DNA of 64,000 nucleotides, from the NCBI GenBank assembly GCA_021324735.1, contig JAJPIO010000011.1:22612-86611 (forward strand), given 5' to 3'. This DNA is from Bacteroidota bacterium. Its GTDB lineage: Bacteria > Bacteroidota > Ignavibacteria > Palsa-1295. Positions 27,335-37,695 of the stretch are shown one piece after another. Under the pieces are notes generated by a model that was not told where the DNA came from, searched no databases, and saw only the letters and a program-made list of their open reading frames with translations. Made by a program: the position numbers and the translations under genes. Within the stretch, counting starts at the first letter, position 1, and every line of letters starts with the position of its first letter.

Positions 27335-29710
27335 ATGGGGAAAACCCCGGCAAACTTTCAATTCAACGCTGATATGAAACACCTTATCTTTGTCTTCTTG
27401 CTGTTAGCACTTGCGATCTCTAATGTCTCGGCGCAATCGGGATTTCGGGAGACGGTAACGCAATCGAAACGAAGCCAGTCCCAGATCCTGGGTCGTGACT
27501 TTTGGTTTGCACCCATACAGAATGATCCCGATACCACTCAGAAGCTTATTCGGCTTTTTATTGCGTCACCAAATGATGCGACTGTATACATCGAGGTTGG
27601 AACACTGCACGATTCGCTTCAACTGCGGGCGAACTGGACCGCGACATACAATCTCCCCTTATGGACGGAATTGAAGTCAAGTGGAATTTCGGAGAAGAAG
27701 GCTATTCATGTATATTGCACGTTTCATTCGATTGCGGTTACTGCATTCTCCACCGTTGCTTTCTCAGGTGAACGCACTATTGCATCGATTAGCGGAGATG
27801 CGTTTCTTCCGATCCCAACTCAAGGGCTCGGTACTGATTATGTTATAGCTGCATGTCCGGCACCTTCCGGTGTAAATGCTGGCGACAATCCTTCGGAGTT
27901 CACGATCTCAGCACCTTACGACAGCACCGCGATCGATATCACACCGACCGCTGATCTGCGCTTATCATCGTCGTACCCGGACAATGACGTTGCTGCTGTA
28001 TTCCCTGCGGGTAAGCAATTTAGAATTGTCTTAAACAAAGGGGAAGCGATTCAGTATCAAACAAATGTGCCCAACACCGCTAAGCTTGTCGATGTATCTG
28101 GTACCAGCGTTTACTCGAATAAGCCGATCGCTATTGTTGCCGGTGCGATGAATACGCAATTCTGGGACCACAATTATGCTGACAATGTTAGTGAAATAGT
28201 GCCATCGTTCCCCATGTGGGGTAAAACATATTATTCTACGCCCATTTCAGGTGGATGGGATACGTACACTCTTATTTCATCCAAACCTAACCAAACAATT
28301 TACCGTACGACGTGCACGAGTCCTCTTAGAGATACATTCGTCATTCCGACAAAGAATGGAGTATTCCATGTTCAAGAGCAGGATGGGAGCAAGTGGACAA
28401 GCGATGCGCCATTCCTTCTTTCGCAATTCGCAAATAGCGATGGTAAGTATGGCAGTCAACTTTATACTAATCCATTTGCCTATACCTCGGGCCTTATCCT
28501 GACACCAGAAGAGAGCTTTACTGATTCAGTCACTGTAGCTGCTCCCTTAAGCGATTCGTTAGTAGCGTGCGCAAGTTTAGCAAGCTTTATTGCTCACCCA
28601 ACCAGCGTTACCACCGATCCGCCTCAATCTCTTAAAACCTGGCAGTGCTCAACCGGGCCGTATGAAGCCGCTTCTTCTTCATCCAATTATTGGAGCAAAT
28701 TGCAAAGGATGAGCTCAGTATTTCCATTCGATGTATTCGTTACAGGTAGCTCCGGTCCATCGCGTTTTTCATTTTCGTATCCAGCCTTCACGAACGTGGT
28801 GGCTATTGGATTGACTGATAGTCTTTCGCCAACCCCTCAATTTGAGAGTAATGATATTTGCATTCATGCTACGCTCGTCGACTCCACCTCCGGTATTGCG
28901 ACCATCGAACTTGATAGCATTTCGAATTTCACCTTTGCTCTCGATCCATCGTTCGAAATTGGTACGAATATGAAGGCCAGCTTCGTTGATTTTTGCGCTA
29001 TCGATAGCCTCAAGACCGGATATGCATCCTTTCACGCATATGATATGGCTGGTAATCGTACTCAGATATCGATCTCCTACATCAAGCCAACTTTTTCGAG
29101 CCGAGGTTTTTTTGCTGAGACGAAGAATTTCGATACTGTCCTTGTAGGTACTCAAAAGACTCTGCCACGCCTAACGATAACGGATACATCAACCGTCTAT
29201 CCGATCACGATCAATAATGTCTGGACCAATAATGAGGCCTTTATCTTCGATGGCTCACGATCGGAAAATAAATTGCCGATCACACTGACGCCTGGCATTT
29301 CTCATACCTTCTCAATCTCATTTCACCCTACGGAGGCGCGGACGTATGTAGGCGCGATCTCTATCGCTGATGGCGGTGATGTTCCGGCTCAAAGTGTAAG
29401 TATTTCCGGCATTGGTTATACCCAGGGGTCGAATGCAGTCAATACTCTTGGCTCCGGGTTCTATTGTAACATCTCGCCAAACCCTGCGGGAGAAATGGTG
29501 ACCGCACAATTTGGCCTCACGCAGCAAGCAGTTACATCGTTTAGCCTTTATGATCTTCTCGGCAACACCGTCTACTCCTGGCGAGGTGAAGAAGAGGCTG
29601 GCGATCATTTACAGCAATTTGATCTTGGTCACCTTAAGCGTGGTACTTACTTCTGGCGGTTCGAGTCGGGGAGTCAGACGGCCTCCGGTAAGCTCGTGCT
29701 CGATAAATAA
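27335..29710 (+). CDS. T9SS-secreted large protein, paralog family member B
   Basis: Signal peptide. T9SS C-terminal domain ...GTYFWRFESGSQTASGKLVLDK. Paralogous blocks GRDFWFAPIQND, GLGTDYVIAA, PSEFTISAPYDSTAIDITPTADLR, YDMAGNRTQISISY. Confidence 0.8.
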   Translation: MGKTPANFQFNADMKHLIFVFLLLALAISNVSAQSGFRETVTQSKRSQSQILGRDFWFAPIQNDPDTTQKLIRLFIASPNDATVYIEVGTLHDSLQLRANWTATYNLPLWTELKSSGISEKKAIHVYCTFHSIAVTAFSTVAFSGERTIASISGDAFLPIPTQGLGTDYVIAACPAPSGVNAGDNPSEFTISAPYDSTAIDITPTADLRLSSSYPDNDVAAVFPAGKQFRIVLNKGEAIQYQTNVPNTAKLVDVSGTSVYSNKPIAIVAGAMNTQFWDHNYADNVSEIVPSFPMWGKTYYSTPISGGWDTYTLISSKPNQTIYRTTCTSPLRDTFVIPTKNGVFHVQEQDGSKWTSDAPFLLSQFANSDGKYGSQLYTNPFAYTSGLILTPEESFTDSVTVAAPLSDSLVACASLASFIAHPTSVTTDPPQSLKTWQCSTGPYEAASSSSNYWSKLQRMSSVFPFDVFVTGSSGPSRFSFSYPAFTNVVAIGLTDSLSPTPQFESNDICIHATLVDSTSGIATIELDSISNFTFALDPSFEIGTNMKASFVDFCAIDSLKTGYASFHAYDMAGNRTQISISYIKPTFSSRGFFAETKNFDTVLVGTQKTLPRLTITDTSTVYPITINNVWTNNEAFIFDGSRSENKLPITLTPGISHTFSISFHPTEARTYVGAISIADGGDVPAQSVSISGIGYTQGSNAVNTLGSGFYCNISPNPAGEMVTAQFGLTQQAVTSFSLYDLLGNTVYSWRGEEEAGDHLQQFDLGHLKRGTYFWRFESGSQTASGKLVLDK

Positions 29711-29763
29711 GACTGAATTCCGGCTGAATTAGCCGCAATAAAGATATTTTACACCAGAGCTGT

Positions 29764-29796
29764 AACTCGGAGCCGTGTTCCGAGTTTTAGTTTTGG
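29764..29796 (+). terminator. Intrinsic terminator after paralog B
   Basis: AACTCGGA-gccgtgt-TCCGAGTT hairpin followed by TTAGTTTTGG. Confidence 0.55.
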
Positions 29797-29868
29797 CATG
29801 GTTAACTCTACTCCGTTGTTACAGAGATCCAAGGTCCAACCCGATTTTGACAATTATCTCGTATCCCT

Positions 29869-32265
29869 ATGTTACCCCGACTTCGCGGCACCATCGGTGC
29901 TGCACTATTGTGTGCCCTCTTTACTCACTATTCTAACGCTCAATCGCTGTTCCACGATACGGCGTATCATTATAAGGCGGATCTTACCTCCGTTCAGGGA
30001 CGCGAGTTCTGGTTTGCGCCACCGGCGCTCTTCGCAGTACCCTCGGGCAAATATTATGAGCTTTGCATTTCAGCCCAGAAGAACACGACGGTCCACGTAG
30101 TATGTGGTAGCTGGCAAACAACAGCGGCCGTCAAGGCAGGCATCACAACCGCGATCTCACTACCGCTCACGCAAGAGCTTAAGACGAGTGGTATCGTCGA
30201 AAAAAAGGCGTACCACGTTTGGTCAGACGATGCGGACCTCGACGTAATTCTCGCCGCCGATATTCCCTCTCAAGCCGGCGATGTAATGCATATTCTGCCC
30301 ACCTACGCACTTGGTACTGATTATGTCGTTGCCTCGTATCCCGCGCTTTTTATGGGCGGTGGTAATTCGCAATATGATTATCCATCGGAGTTTACGATCG
30401 TTGCCCAGCACGATAGCACGGTCGTGACCATCTTGCCTTCAACGGACATGCGGCAGGAAACGGAGATCGTGCCGAGTCCGGATCACATCGCGTACGCTCA
30501 TGGTCAACAATTTACGGTCGAACTGCACCGTGGGCTAGCGGTACAGTATAAAACGGTTACGTCGCAATCTCCGGATTACGATGTAAGCGGTACAGTAATT
30601 CACTCGACCTATCCCGTCGCCGTGATAGGCGCTTCTATGCGCGCATACGTACCGGTTGGATATCCGCACTTTGACTATGTCGCTGATATGGTCCCGCCGA
30701 TACGCTCATGGGGGAAAACGTATTATTCGATGCCGTTCTACCAGCCGGCAGGCGTGTCCAATCATGATGCGAGCTCTTTCCTTATCATCGGCACCAAGGC
30801 TGGTCAAAATATTTATCGTTACGATCAGGCTTCGGGCGATCAAGTTCTTGCATTGCTCGATAAGCCGTACGATATTTCATACGCTCCTGATATCAGCAAG
30901 CCGAGCCTATGGCATAGCGACGCACCGTTCCTGCTTGTGCAGTATATCAATAGCGCTACGTATCCCGATAGTCTGCTAAAAGCGAAAGGCACTCCGGCAA
31001 TGATGGTGTTGCCACCAGTCGAAGAGTTTGGAACGACCGCCACGCTTCAACCGCCTCTCAAAACGGCGACGTTCAATTCAGACATTGCAATGTACGTTAA
31101 TATCATTGCGAGTGACGATGCTACAACGGTCACCTTCGACGGACAACGCATCAATAGCTGGTATAAGCGACCCATCGATGGTAAGTATTCGATCTATCGG
31201 GGTGTAAGCGTTGCACAGGGGCCGCACGTCGTTAAATCCGATAAGCCGGTAGGAGTATATGCTTACGGGTATTCGAACGCGACATCGGGCGAAAGTATCG
31301 GTTATCCGGCCCAGAACGGGCTCATCGCTCTGCCAGGCTCGGATACGACCGGACCTACGATCGCCTGGGAGAACGGAACCGGTTGCGGCCATGCTACTAT
31401 TCGCGACGAGGTGTCTGGTCTCTCTCATTTCCGCGTTGATACGATCGCGAATATGACCTCGACCCGTGACACCCTCTATATGGCTGGCGATAGCACCCGT
31501 GAAACCTATCTCGATGCGTGCCTTATCGATGCTGGTAAGAATGGCTTTCTTCGGCTTACCGCCTTTGATATGGCCGGAAATCGGAGCGTAAGCGAATTTA
31601 CCTATACCGCACCAACATCAACGACTCTTAAACCGGGCTTTACCTTAGCGGCATCATCGTTCGATACCGTTCGCGTTGGCACAACGAAGACGCTTGCTCT
31701 CGCTATTCTCACGGATACCTCCTCCATCTGGCCGATCACCTTCGACAGCATTTGGACCGATAACGCAGCATTTACAAGCTACCAGAATGGACTTCCCTTG
31801 ACACTCCTTCCTGGATCGAGCGATACGCTCGGCATTAGCTTTACGCCGACCAAAAACAATATTTACTCGGCATTCCTGTATGCTCATAGCCCATCTGTAG
31901 GGACGCAGAAGGCGGCCCTCCATGGCAGTGGCTATAGCTCGGATGCCGTGAGCACACCCGTTGATGATCCTTCAGCATGGCTTGCAAGCGGTTCTGGTAA
32001 TTTGTTCTTACTCCCTCCTTCACCAAATCCAACTTCCAGCGAGCTCTCTATCGCTTATGCACTCCGCAGCACTTCAACGGTATGGTTCGGACTCTATTCA
32101 TGCACTGGCGAGCTCGTCTACTCATGGAAAGAAGCTGCCCAGCAAGCTGGAATACATAGTCAAACGTTTAATTTGAACGCTCTTCCAAATGGAGGTTACT
32201 TCTACCGCTTGGAAGCAAACGGTGAGAGCAAGATAGGAAAGATCGCAGTAAAGAGGCGAAAGTAA
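29869..32265 (+). CDS. T9SS-secreted large protein, paralog family member C
   Basis: Signal peptide. T9SS C-terminal domain ...GGYFYRLEANGESKIGKIAVKRRK. Paralogous blocks GREFWFAPP, ALGTDYVVASY, PSEFTIVAQHDSTVVTILPSTDMR, FDMAGNRSVSEFTY. Confidence 0.8.
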   Translation: MLPRLRGTIGAALLCALFTHYSNAQSLFHDTAYHYKADLTSVQGREFWFAPPALFAVPSGKYYELCISAQKNTTVHVVCGSWQTTAAVKAGITTAISLPLTQELKTSGIVEKKAYHVWSDDADLDVILAADIPSQAGDVMHILPTYALGTDYVVASYPALFMGGGNSQYDYPSEFTIVAQHDSTVVTILPSTDMRQETEIVPSPDHIAYAHGQQFTVELHRGLAVQYKTVTSQSPDYDVSGTVIHSTYPVAVIGASMRAYVPVGYPHFDYVADMVPPIRSWGKTYYSMPFYQPAGVSNHDASSFLIIGTKAGQNIYRYDQASGDQVLALLDKPYDISYAPDISKPSLWHSDAPFLLVQYINSATYPDSLLKAKGTPAMMVLPPVEEFGTTATLQPPLKTATFNSDIAMYVNIIASDDATTVTFDGQRINSWYKRPIDGKYSIYRGVSVAQGPHVVKSDKPVGVYAYGYSNATSGESIGYPAQNGLIALPGSDTTGPTIAWENGTGCGHATIRDEVSGLSHFRVDTIANMTSTRDTLYMAGDSTRETYLDACLIDAGKNGFLRLTAFDMAGNRSVSEFTYTAPTSTTLKPGFTLAASSFDTVRVGTTKTLALAILTDTSSIWPITFDSIWTDNAAFTSYQNGLPLTLLPGSSDTLGISFTPTKNNIYSAFLYAHSPSVGTQKAALHGSGYSSDAVSTPVDDPSAWLASGSGNLFLLPPSPNPTSSELSIAYALRSTSTVWFGLYSCTGELVYSWKEAAQQAGIHSQTFNLNALPNGGYFYRLEANGESKIGKIAVKRRK

Positions 32266-32346
32266 AGAGATAAAAATAAAATTAGCCCTTCCAACTTGGA
32301 AGAGCTAATTCGTAAATGCGAAGAATTGTGCTCTCGTCTAGAGTAT

Positions 32347-33213
32347 CTACTCTTTCGCTATTACCACGCTTTTCGATTCGGTACCGCCTGCGGTCGAGGC
32401 ATCGACTCGGACCAACATTACGCCCTTCGCTTGTGTCAGGCCGCTCAGGTCGATGATATTTTCGCCAGCGATGCCACTTTTCATCTCTCGGAAAACCTCG
32501 CGGCCTGTTACATCGTAGCCGGTGATCGTCATGCGTGCCGACTCCAAGAGTGTGACCGCGAGAGCACCGCGATCGATCATTGGATTCGGGTACGCTGTCA
32601 GCGATTCGATCACACCAGCGGACGATGAAGCGCCATCCGCTACACTCGCGTTAGGGATCACCGGCCGCATATTGTAAAAGATCGTGAGTACCGCCGTCTG
32701 CCAGTTCTGGTAATCGTGGTTATCGGATATATTATTTGAGACCGAAATAACGAACGGGGGATTCGTCGAAAGGTCGAGTAGTGTACCCGAGTTTGCGCTC
32801 GGGGGCGTGATCAGGATACCGGTGATCGGCAATTTGATCTGCTCCGGATTCCACGTCAGTTGTACGGGATAGGTCCCGCCGTAGATATGGAATTTATACT
32901 GAAGATAAAACGAATCGGTCGTCGGCTTTGGCTGAATAAGCACGTGCGTACCGAGATAATCCTTCGTCGGATACTCGATGTAAGCAAGGAAGTCTTCGCC
33001 TAAAGGGGGGCCAAGATTGGGCACCTCGTCCTCGCCAAACGCGGTATCATCGAAGGCCTTTGCACGCGGATCGAAGCCGAACCACAATGCAGTATCGACG
33101 GTCGCAGAGTTTTGGATCCGCAGCCGTAGCGCGAACTCTGGCGTTAAGTGCTGCGCATGCACTATTAGCGGCGCGACGAGAAGAAGTGATAGAATCAGCA
33201 GTCGTTTCATCAT
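32347..33213 (-). CDS. Secreted protein with a probable T9SS C-terminal domain (288 aa)
   Basis: Signal peptide MMKRLLILSLLLVAPLIVHAQ. The C-terminal ~80 aa have a T9SS-sorting-domain-like pattern (…TGYDVTGREV…GVMLVRVDASTAGG…KSVVIAKE). Confidence 0.65.
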   Translation of the reverse strand: MMKRLLILSLLLVAPLIVHAQHLTPEFALRLRIQNSATVDTALWFGFDPRAKAFDDTAFGEDEVPNLGPPLGEDFLAYIEYPTKDYLGTHVLIQPKPTTDSFYLQYKFHIYGGTYPVQLTWNPEQIKLPITGILITPPSANSGTLLDLSTNPPFVISVSNNISDNHDYQNWQTAVLTIFYNMRPVIPNASVADGASSSAGVIESLTAYPNPMIDRGALAVTLLESARMTITGYDVTGREVFREMKSGIAGENIIDLSGLTQAKGVMLVRVDASTAGGTESKSVVIAKE

Positions 33214-33284
33214 AGATCCCTGGCCTTAATAAGTAAAGTTACTGGCCGTAAAATGTAACCTTTGAAATAGCTTATACGGAGCTT

Positions 33285-33338
33285 TGAGCCTTTACTAAAA
33301 GCTCAAAGCGGAGACCACTTATAGAAGCAGTCTCCGCT
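33285..33338 (-). terminator. Intrinsic terminator downstream of the 33419..36343 gene
   Basis: 9-bp stem AGCGGAGAC...GTCTCCGCT followed on the minus strand by TTTGAGCTTTTAG. Confidence 0.5.
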
Positions 33339-33418
33339 CTGAATAACTCCTGTTGTCGAGGCTTGTTACACCTCAACCCCGAGCCTAAGGCTTACGCCGT
33401 TGGCTCATCCTTTCTCAC

Positions 33419-36343
33419 TTAGTGAGAAAGGGTCATGTGCTGGGTCTGGACGAAGTTGCCAGCCTTCAGCGTGTAATAGTAGGTGCCGGCCGGCAGGTTC
33501 GAGCCATCAAAGATAGCCTCGTGCGGACCCGCGCTAACTACGCCATTGACGAGCGTCGAGACGACCTCACCAAGCGCGTTGTAGACTACGAGCGATACTA
33601 CAGACTCCTGTGGGAGCGTGTAGGTGATCTTCGACGTAGCATTGAACGGATTCGGCTGGTTCTGCTCGAGCGAGAAGCCAACCATGTTCGAGCCAACGCC
33701 TTCCTGCTTCTCAGCAATGCGAACCTGCGTCGTCGTCGGATCGGAGATCGTGACGATACCATTGTTCGTCGCCGTGCCAATGACCTTACCGTTCATATCG
33801 GTGACTTCGACCGAACCGCTGAGATTCGTGAAGTTCATCGTGACCGGGAAGTTCGAAGCATGCAGGTTGACCACATACGAGCTATGGTTGTAGCTGGCCA
33901 TACCGCTGTTGGTCGCGAAGCGAGCATCGAAGGACTGGAACTGGTTCGGCATTTCGAACTGGCCCTCAGGAATCGACGTCGTTACATGACCGAAGTAAAG
34001 GTTCTGACCATTCTGCTCTGCATCGCGAACATAGACGTTCGTAAGCTGACCGATCACGTTCGAGCGATCGTTGCTCTTGCCTGCCCAGTTGGAAGAACCG
34101 CCTTTGGCGATCTCCTTGTGACCGGTCAGGTTGTAATAACCGGAGTAGTCAACCTTGATAAAGTAACCCTTACCAGGTGTAAGGAAGCCAGTTTGGTCAT
34201 AACCATGCTGCGGCGTGAACTCCCACACGTAGTCGTTCGTAAGGAGCGACGGTACCTGGGTCGAACCCTGGTTCGGTGTGAAGTTGATATCAGTTACGGT
34301 GCTAACACCGCTCGTTGCGCCAACCGTGTTCCAACCCTGCTGGATCTTCACATTGCTGACTTGGTATGATAACGTACCGGCTACGATACCGTCGTTTCCG
34401 ATGAAATCGCCGTAACGAATCATGTAACCACGACCGAACTCGAGCAGATTAGCTGCAGGCTGGAACCAGCCGCTCTGTGAACCATACGCGAATGGCGGGG
34501 TGACCGCATTCGGGAAAATGATGCTTGCATCTGGGTTCGGTACTACGACCGGAAGCGAAATGAGCGTCCAGCTAAATGGCTTCAGGAAGGTCGCAATGTT
34601 TGCGATCGTCGCCGGCGTGTAGTAAATGTAGAAGTGATCGATGCGGTGGTCGTTGATCGTGACGCAACGCATGTTGTTCTGATCGAGCGTGGCCTGACGC
34701 AGATCGATACCCTGTTCGCCACCATTGAGTGTGAACTTGAGCACGATGCGACCGCCAGCCGGGAAGTCCGAAGGATCGACACAGACCTTCACCGGATAGC
34801 AATTGACATTGCCCGGGTTGAAGTTGACCTGATAGATCAGGGTCGTGTCCGTGTTTGGAGAACGAATGTCGCGGGTAAGACCAACGAAGTTCGGATCCTG
34901 GAATTGAACGTCAGCACTCGGATTAAGCGGCTTGAAGTACGCATAGCACCGGCCAAGAGTATCGAAGTTCGTAATATCCGACGTCATTACTTTGCTCTCG
35001 CCATAGAGAACATCGATGCCTTCCGTTGCACCGGCGCCTGTACCGAAGGTCAGAACGTTCGTGCAAACCGGTGAGCAGCTATTCGAAATGTTCAGACGAA
35101 TACCCGTACCACTTGCGGTCGGCTCGTTCGGAGCGGCCAAGCGGACGAAACGAACATGAAGCTTGAGTGGCGAATTCGAGGCGCCATAGCTCTGGAAGGT
35201 TACCGTTGCGTAGTATACTCCAGGAGCAAGGTTCTGCGGATTGCCTACCGTCATAAAGATATTACGTACCTGCGAACCGAAGCTCGTCGTATAATCGATA
35301 GCGTCGTTCGGAAGGAACAAGGTATCTGTTCCACCCGGAGCATTCTCGTTCACCGTAAGCCATTGCTGGTCGGACGATATTAGTACGTTATCGATCTCGG
35401 TATTACCGACAGCGTCACTGACCTGTATAGAACGGGTGACCGTACCGCCAGAGACCGTTGGATCGTAGACGAGGTCCACGAGAAGCGAATCATTGGCGTC
35501 ATCGATCTGACCGATCTGTGAAAGCGGCTTGAGCAAGAAGGCCGGCTGTGCCGTAATCTGTACAAGACCGTAACCCTTCTTCGAGGCACCGAACGTACCA
35601 ATACCACCGCCAAAGTTGCCGTGCGTATAATCCAGCGACGGACCACCCGGAGCATTGATCAGCGAATCGCCAACATGATCGTTGAAGCGAGCGGAGTCGA
35701 GGTGAATTTCACCCGCGTTAACCGCGCTTACGACGACCTTGAAACGAAGCCAGAGCAAAACACCATTGTGCTCGGAGCAACCCGAATCGGCCGAGTTGTT
35801 AAGTGGAAGCGGCACCGAACTCGCACCAGCGATACGGATCACATGACGATACGGATTCGTCGGATCATTCGCTTGCTGATCGCTCCACTGTACGAAGAAC
35901 GTCTTGGCAAGCGCCGTGTCCTTCGCCTGTGGGCCGGTCAATACGATCGGTGAACCGTGGCCGGTATCGAGCACCATCGCTTGCGTCAGGTACCAGAACT
36001 GAAACTCGAAGCTCCGGATCGGCTCCAGGTGCTGGCCAAAGTGCTGGCCATCATTGTTTGGGTTGTAATTGGTATCGGCCTCGTTGTAAATCCATACTGG
36101 AACGAGGAAGTACCGATCTCCACCGGCTCCCGGACCCGGTACCCGTTCGATACCATCCGGCATGCAATGGAAATTGCGTAGGGAGAGCGTCGGATACATC
36201 CGAAGTTGTTGGCTTCGGACCGACGACACTCCCGCGAGCAGCACGAGGACCGCTATCACGGTCGTTGCCCATGAGCTGTAAAGCTTGCGCATGGCCTTAT
36301 TCTCCTTAATTGTAAAATTGTTAGGGTTCATCATACCTGACAA
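33419..36343 (-). CDS. Large secreted T9SS cargo protein (974 aa)
   Basis: Signal peptide after internal start M18 (MRKLYSSWATTVIAVLVLLAGVSSVRSQ). T9SS C-terminal domain ...AGTYYYTLKAGNFVQTQHMTLSH. Confidence 0.8.
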   Translation of the reverse strand: MSGMMNPNNFTIKENKAMRKLYSSWATTVIAVLVLLAGVSSVRSQQLRMYPTLSLRNFHCMPDGIERVPGPGAGGDRYFLVPVWIYNEADTNYNPNNDGQHFGQHLEPIRSFEFQFWYLTQAMVLDTGHGSPIVLTGPQAKDTALAKTFFVQWSDQQANDPTNPYRHVIRIAGASSVPLPLNNSADSGCSEHNGVLLWLRFKVVVSAVNAGEIHLDSARFNDHVGDSLINAPGGPSLDYTHGNFGGGIGTFGASKKGYGLVQITAQPAFLLKPLSQIGQIDDANDSLLVDLVYDPTVSGGTVTRSIQVSDAVGNTEIDNVLISSDQQWLTVNENAPGGTDTLFLPNDAIDYTTSFGSQVRNIFMTVGNPQNLAPGVYYATVTFQSYGASNSPLKLHVRFVRLAAPNEPTASGTGIRLNISNSCSPVCTNVLTFGTGAGATEGIDVLYGESKVMTSDITNFDTLGRCYAYFKPLNPSADVQFQDPNFVGLTRDIRSPNTDTTLIYQVNFNPGNVNCYPVKVCVDPSDFPAGGRIVLKFTLNGGEQGIDLRQATLDQNNMRCVTINDHRIDHFYIYYTPATIANIATFLKPFSWTLISLPVVVPNPDASIIFPNAVTPPFAYGSQSGWFQPAANLLEFGRGYMIRYGDFIGNDGIVAGTLSYQVSNVKIQQGWNTVGATSGVSTVTDINFTPNQGSTQVPSLLTNDYVWEFTPQHGYDQTGFLTPGKGYFIKVDYSGYYNLTGHKEIAKGGSSNWAGKSNDRSNVIGQLTNVYVRDAEQNGQNLYFGHVTTSIPEGQFEMPNQFQSFDARFATNSGMASYNHSSYVVNLHASNFPVTMNFTNLSGSVEVTDMNGKVIGTATNNGIVTISDPTTTQVRIAEKQEGVGSNMVGFSLEQNQPNPFNATSKITYTLPQESVVSLVVYNALGEVVSTLVNGVVSAGPHEAIFDGSNLPAGTYYYTLKAGNFVQTQHMTLSH

Positions 36344-36421
36344 CTAATTCATTTTCAAACACTTTGTTACATCCTCGCTGAAGGATGTTTGTTCTTTCTA
36401 TGGCTATCGCTATCGTTCAAG

Positions 36422-37633
36422 TTACCGCTCGATCACGAGCATCGCTCTGATCCTCTCGTGCTGACTTCCGCTTTCGGCGATCACCTGATAAACACCAGGC
36501 GATAGATCAGCCGGCACCTGCCATGTCGTCGATGTCCCGTCCCACGAATACAGCGGGCGTCCCAGTACATCGAATACACCGATCGTTAGCATTCCTTCGA
36601 AGCCGCTTGCTTCGATCCGCACCGAACTCGTCGCCGGATTTGGATAGATCTCAAGCTTCGTACTCTGACCCTCTTCGATCGCTACACTGCTGGGCGCGCT
36701 GCCTTTTAAGCAGATCGAACCAGCAGTATACACCGTATTACCGATCAGTGCATCGCTGTTTGTCGGACGAAGAGAAACATCGCTCAGCGTCTCGCAAACA
36801 GTATCTAAACCGACCAGCCCGACAAACGGAAGTGCGATCAGCGTGTCACCACCGAATAGCACATCTGATACCGCATGAACCGAGATCGAAACTGCACGAC
36901 GGCCACCCATGAGGGCCGTACTATGCATGCTATCGACCACAAGCTCCGCTGCCTTTCCTGCAAGTGCACCAGATAACGAAAGCACTGTGCTATCATACGT
37001 GAATGACAGTACCGCACTTCGCATCCTCGCACCCGAAAGATTGGACGCGATCACCGGCAGCCTAAAGGGGACTGAATCCGGGCTATACCCTTGGGTAACA
37101 CCCTTTACGTCAACGGATGGTGTTGTTAGCACCACATGTCCCGCGGCTGTTGCTGTTCTGATCCATCCATCCTGCGTCGTTACTTGATCTACGTTTTCAG
37201 AAGCATCGAATAAGACGAAGGATGAATCCCAGTGAATGAATGCTGTATCTGCAAGCTGGTGATTGACTCGGAATTTGATCCGGAAAAGAACCGGATTCGA
37301 CAAGTCGATCTCCGATTGCCCTCGTGCGGTAATTCCCAGATGACTGCTCGTCGTATCGAAGAACATTCCCGAAGCGGTCCCCGCCAGATCGTATTCGACC
37401 GGATAGATCTCGGTCGTATCGTAGGAGAATCGCGCCTGAAAGTAATTGATAGTGTGAGCGTGGGTAGAAGTAAACGAGTAATACACGTTCACGGCTACCG
37501 TATCACCTGCCTTTGCCGTTACCGTGTCGAAGCGAATATGAAAGACGTTTTGCGCTTTCACCGATTCGGCACTACTAACCAGAAACAGGGTCATGAGAAC
37601 CACTCGAATGAGCAGCCTCATATTCTTAGCCAT
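36422..37633 (-). CDS. Secreted T9SS cargo protein (403 aa)
   Basis: Signal peptide MRLLIRVVLMTLFLVSSAESVKAQ. T9SS C-terminal domain ...PGVYQVIAESGSQHERIRAMLVIER. Confidence 0.75.
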   Translation of the reverse strand: MAKNMRLLIRVVLMTLFLVSSAESVKAQNVFHIRFDTVTAKAGDTVAVNVYYSFTSTHAHTINYFQARFSYDTTEIYPVEYDLAGTASGMFFDTTSSHLGITARGQSEIDLSNPVLFRIKFRVNHQLADTAFIHWDSSFVLFDASENVDQVTTQDGWIRTATAAGHVVLTTPSVDVKGVTQGYSPDSVPFRLPVIASNLSGARMRSAVLSFTYDSTVLSLSGALAGKAAELVVDSMHSTALMGGRRAVSISVHAVSDVLFGGDTLIALPFVGLVGLDTVCETLSDVSLRPTNSDALIGNTVYTAGSICLKGSAPSSVAIEEGQSTKLEIYPNPATSSVRIEASGFEGMLTIGVFDVLGRPLYSWDGTSTTWQVPADLSPGVYQVIAESGSQHERIRAMLVIER

Positions 37634-37695
37634 AGTTTTTCAAAGAACGATACGTGAATGGGTGGCACTCCTGAGCGCCACCCAAGCGAGTATTA

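Noticed and set aside
32296-32628. 110-aa plus-strand ORF
   Set aside because: Overlaps the 3' end of the 288-aa minus-strand secreted protein gene and is antisense to it.
33422-34369. 315-aa plus-strand ORF
   Set aside because: It lies wholly antisense to the 974-aa T9SS cargo gene, which has a signal peptide and a C-terminal sorting domain. Its Arg-rich composition is typical of spurious antisense ORFs in GC-rich DNA.
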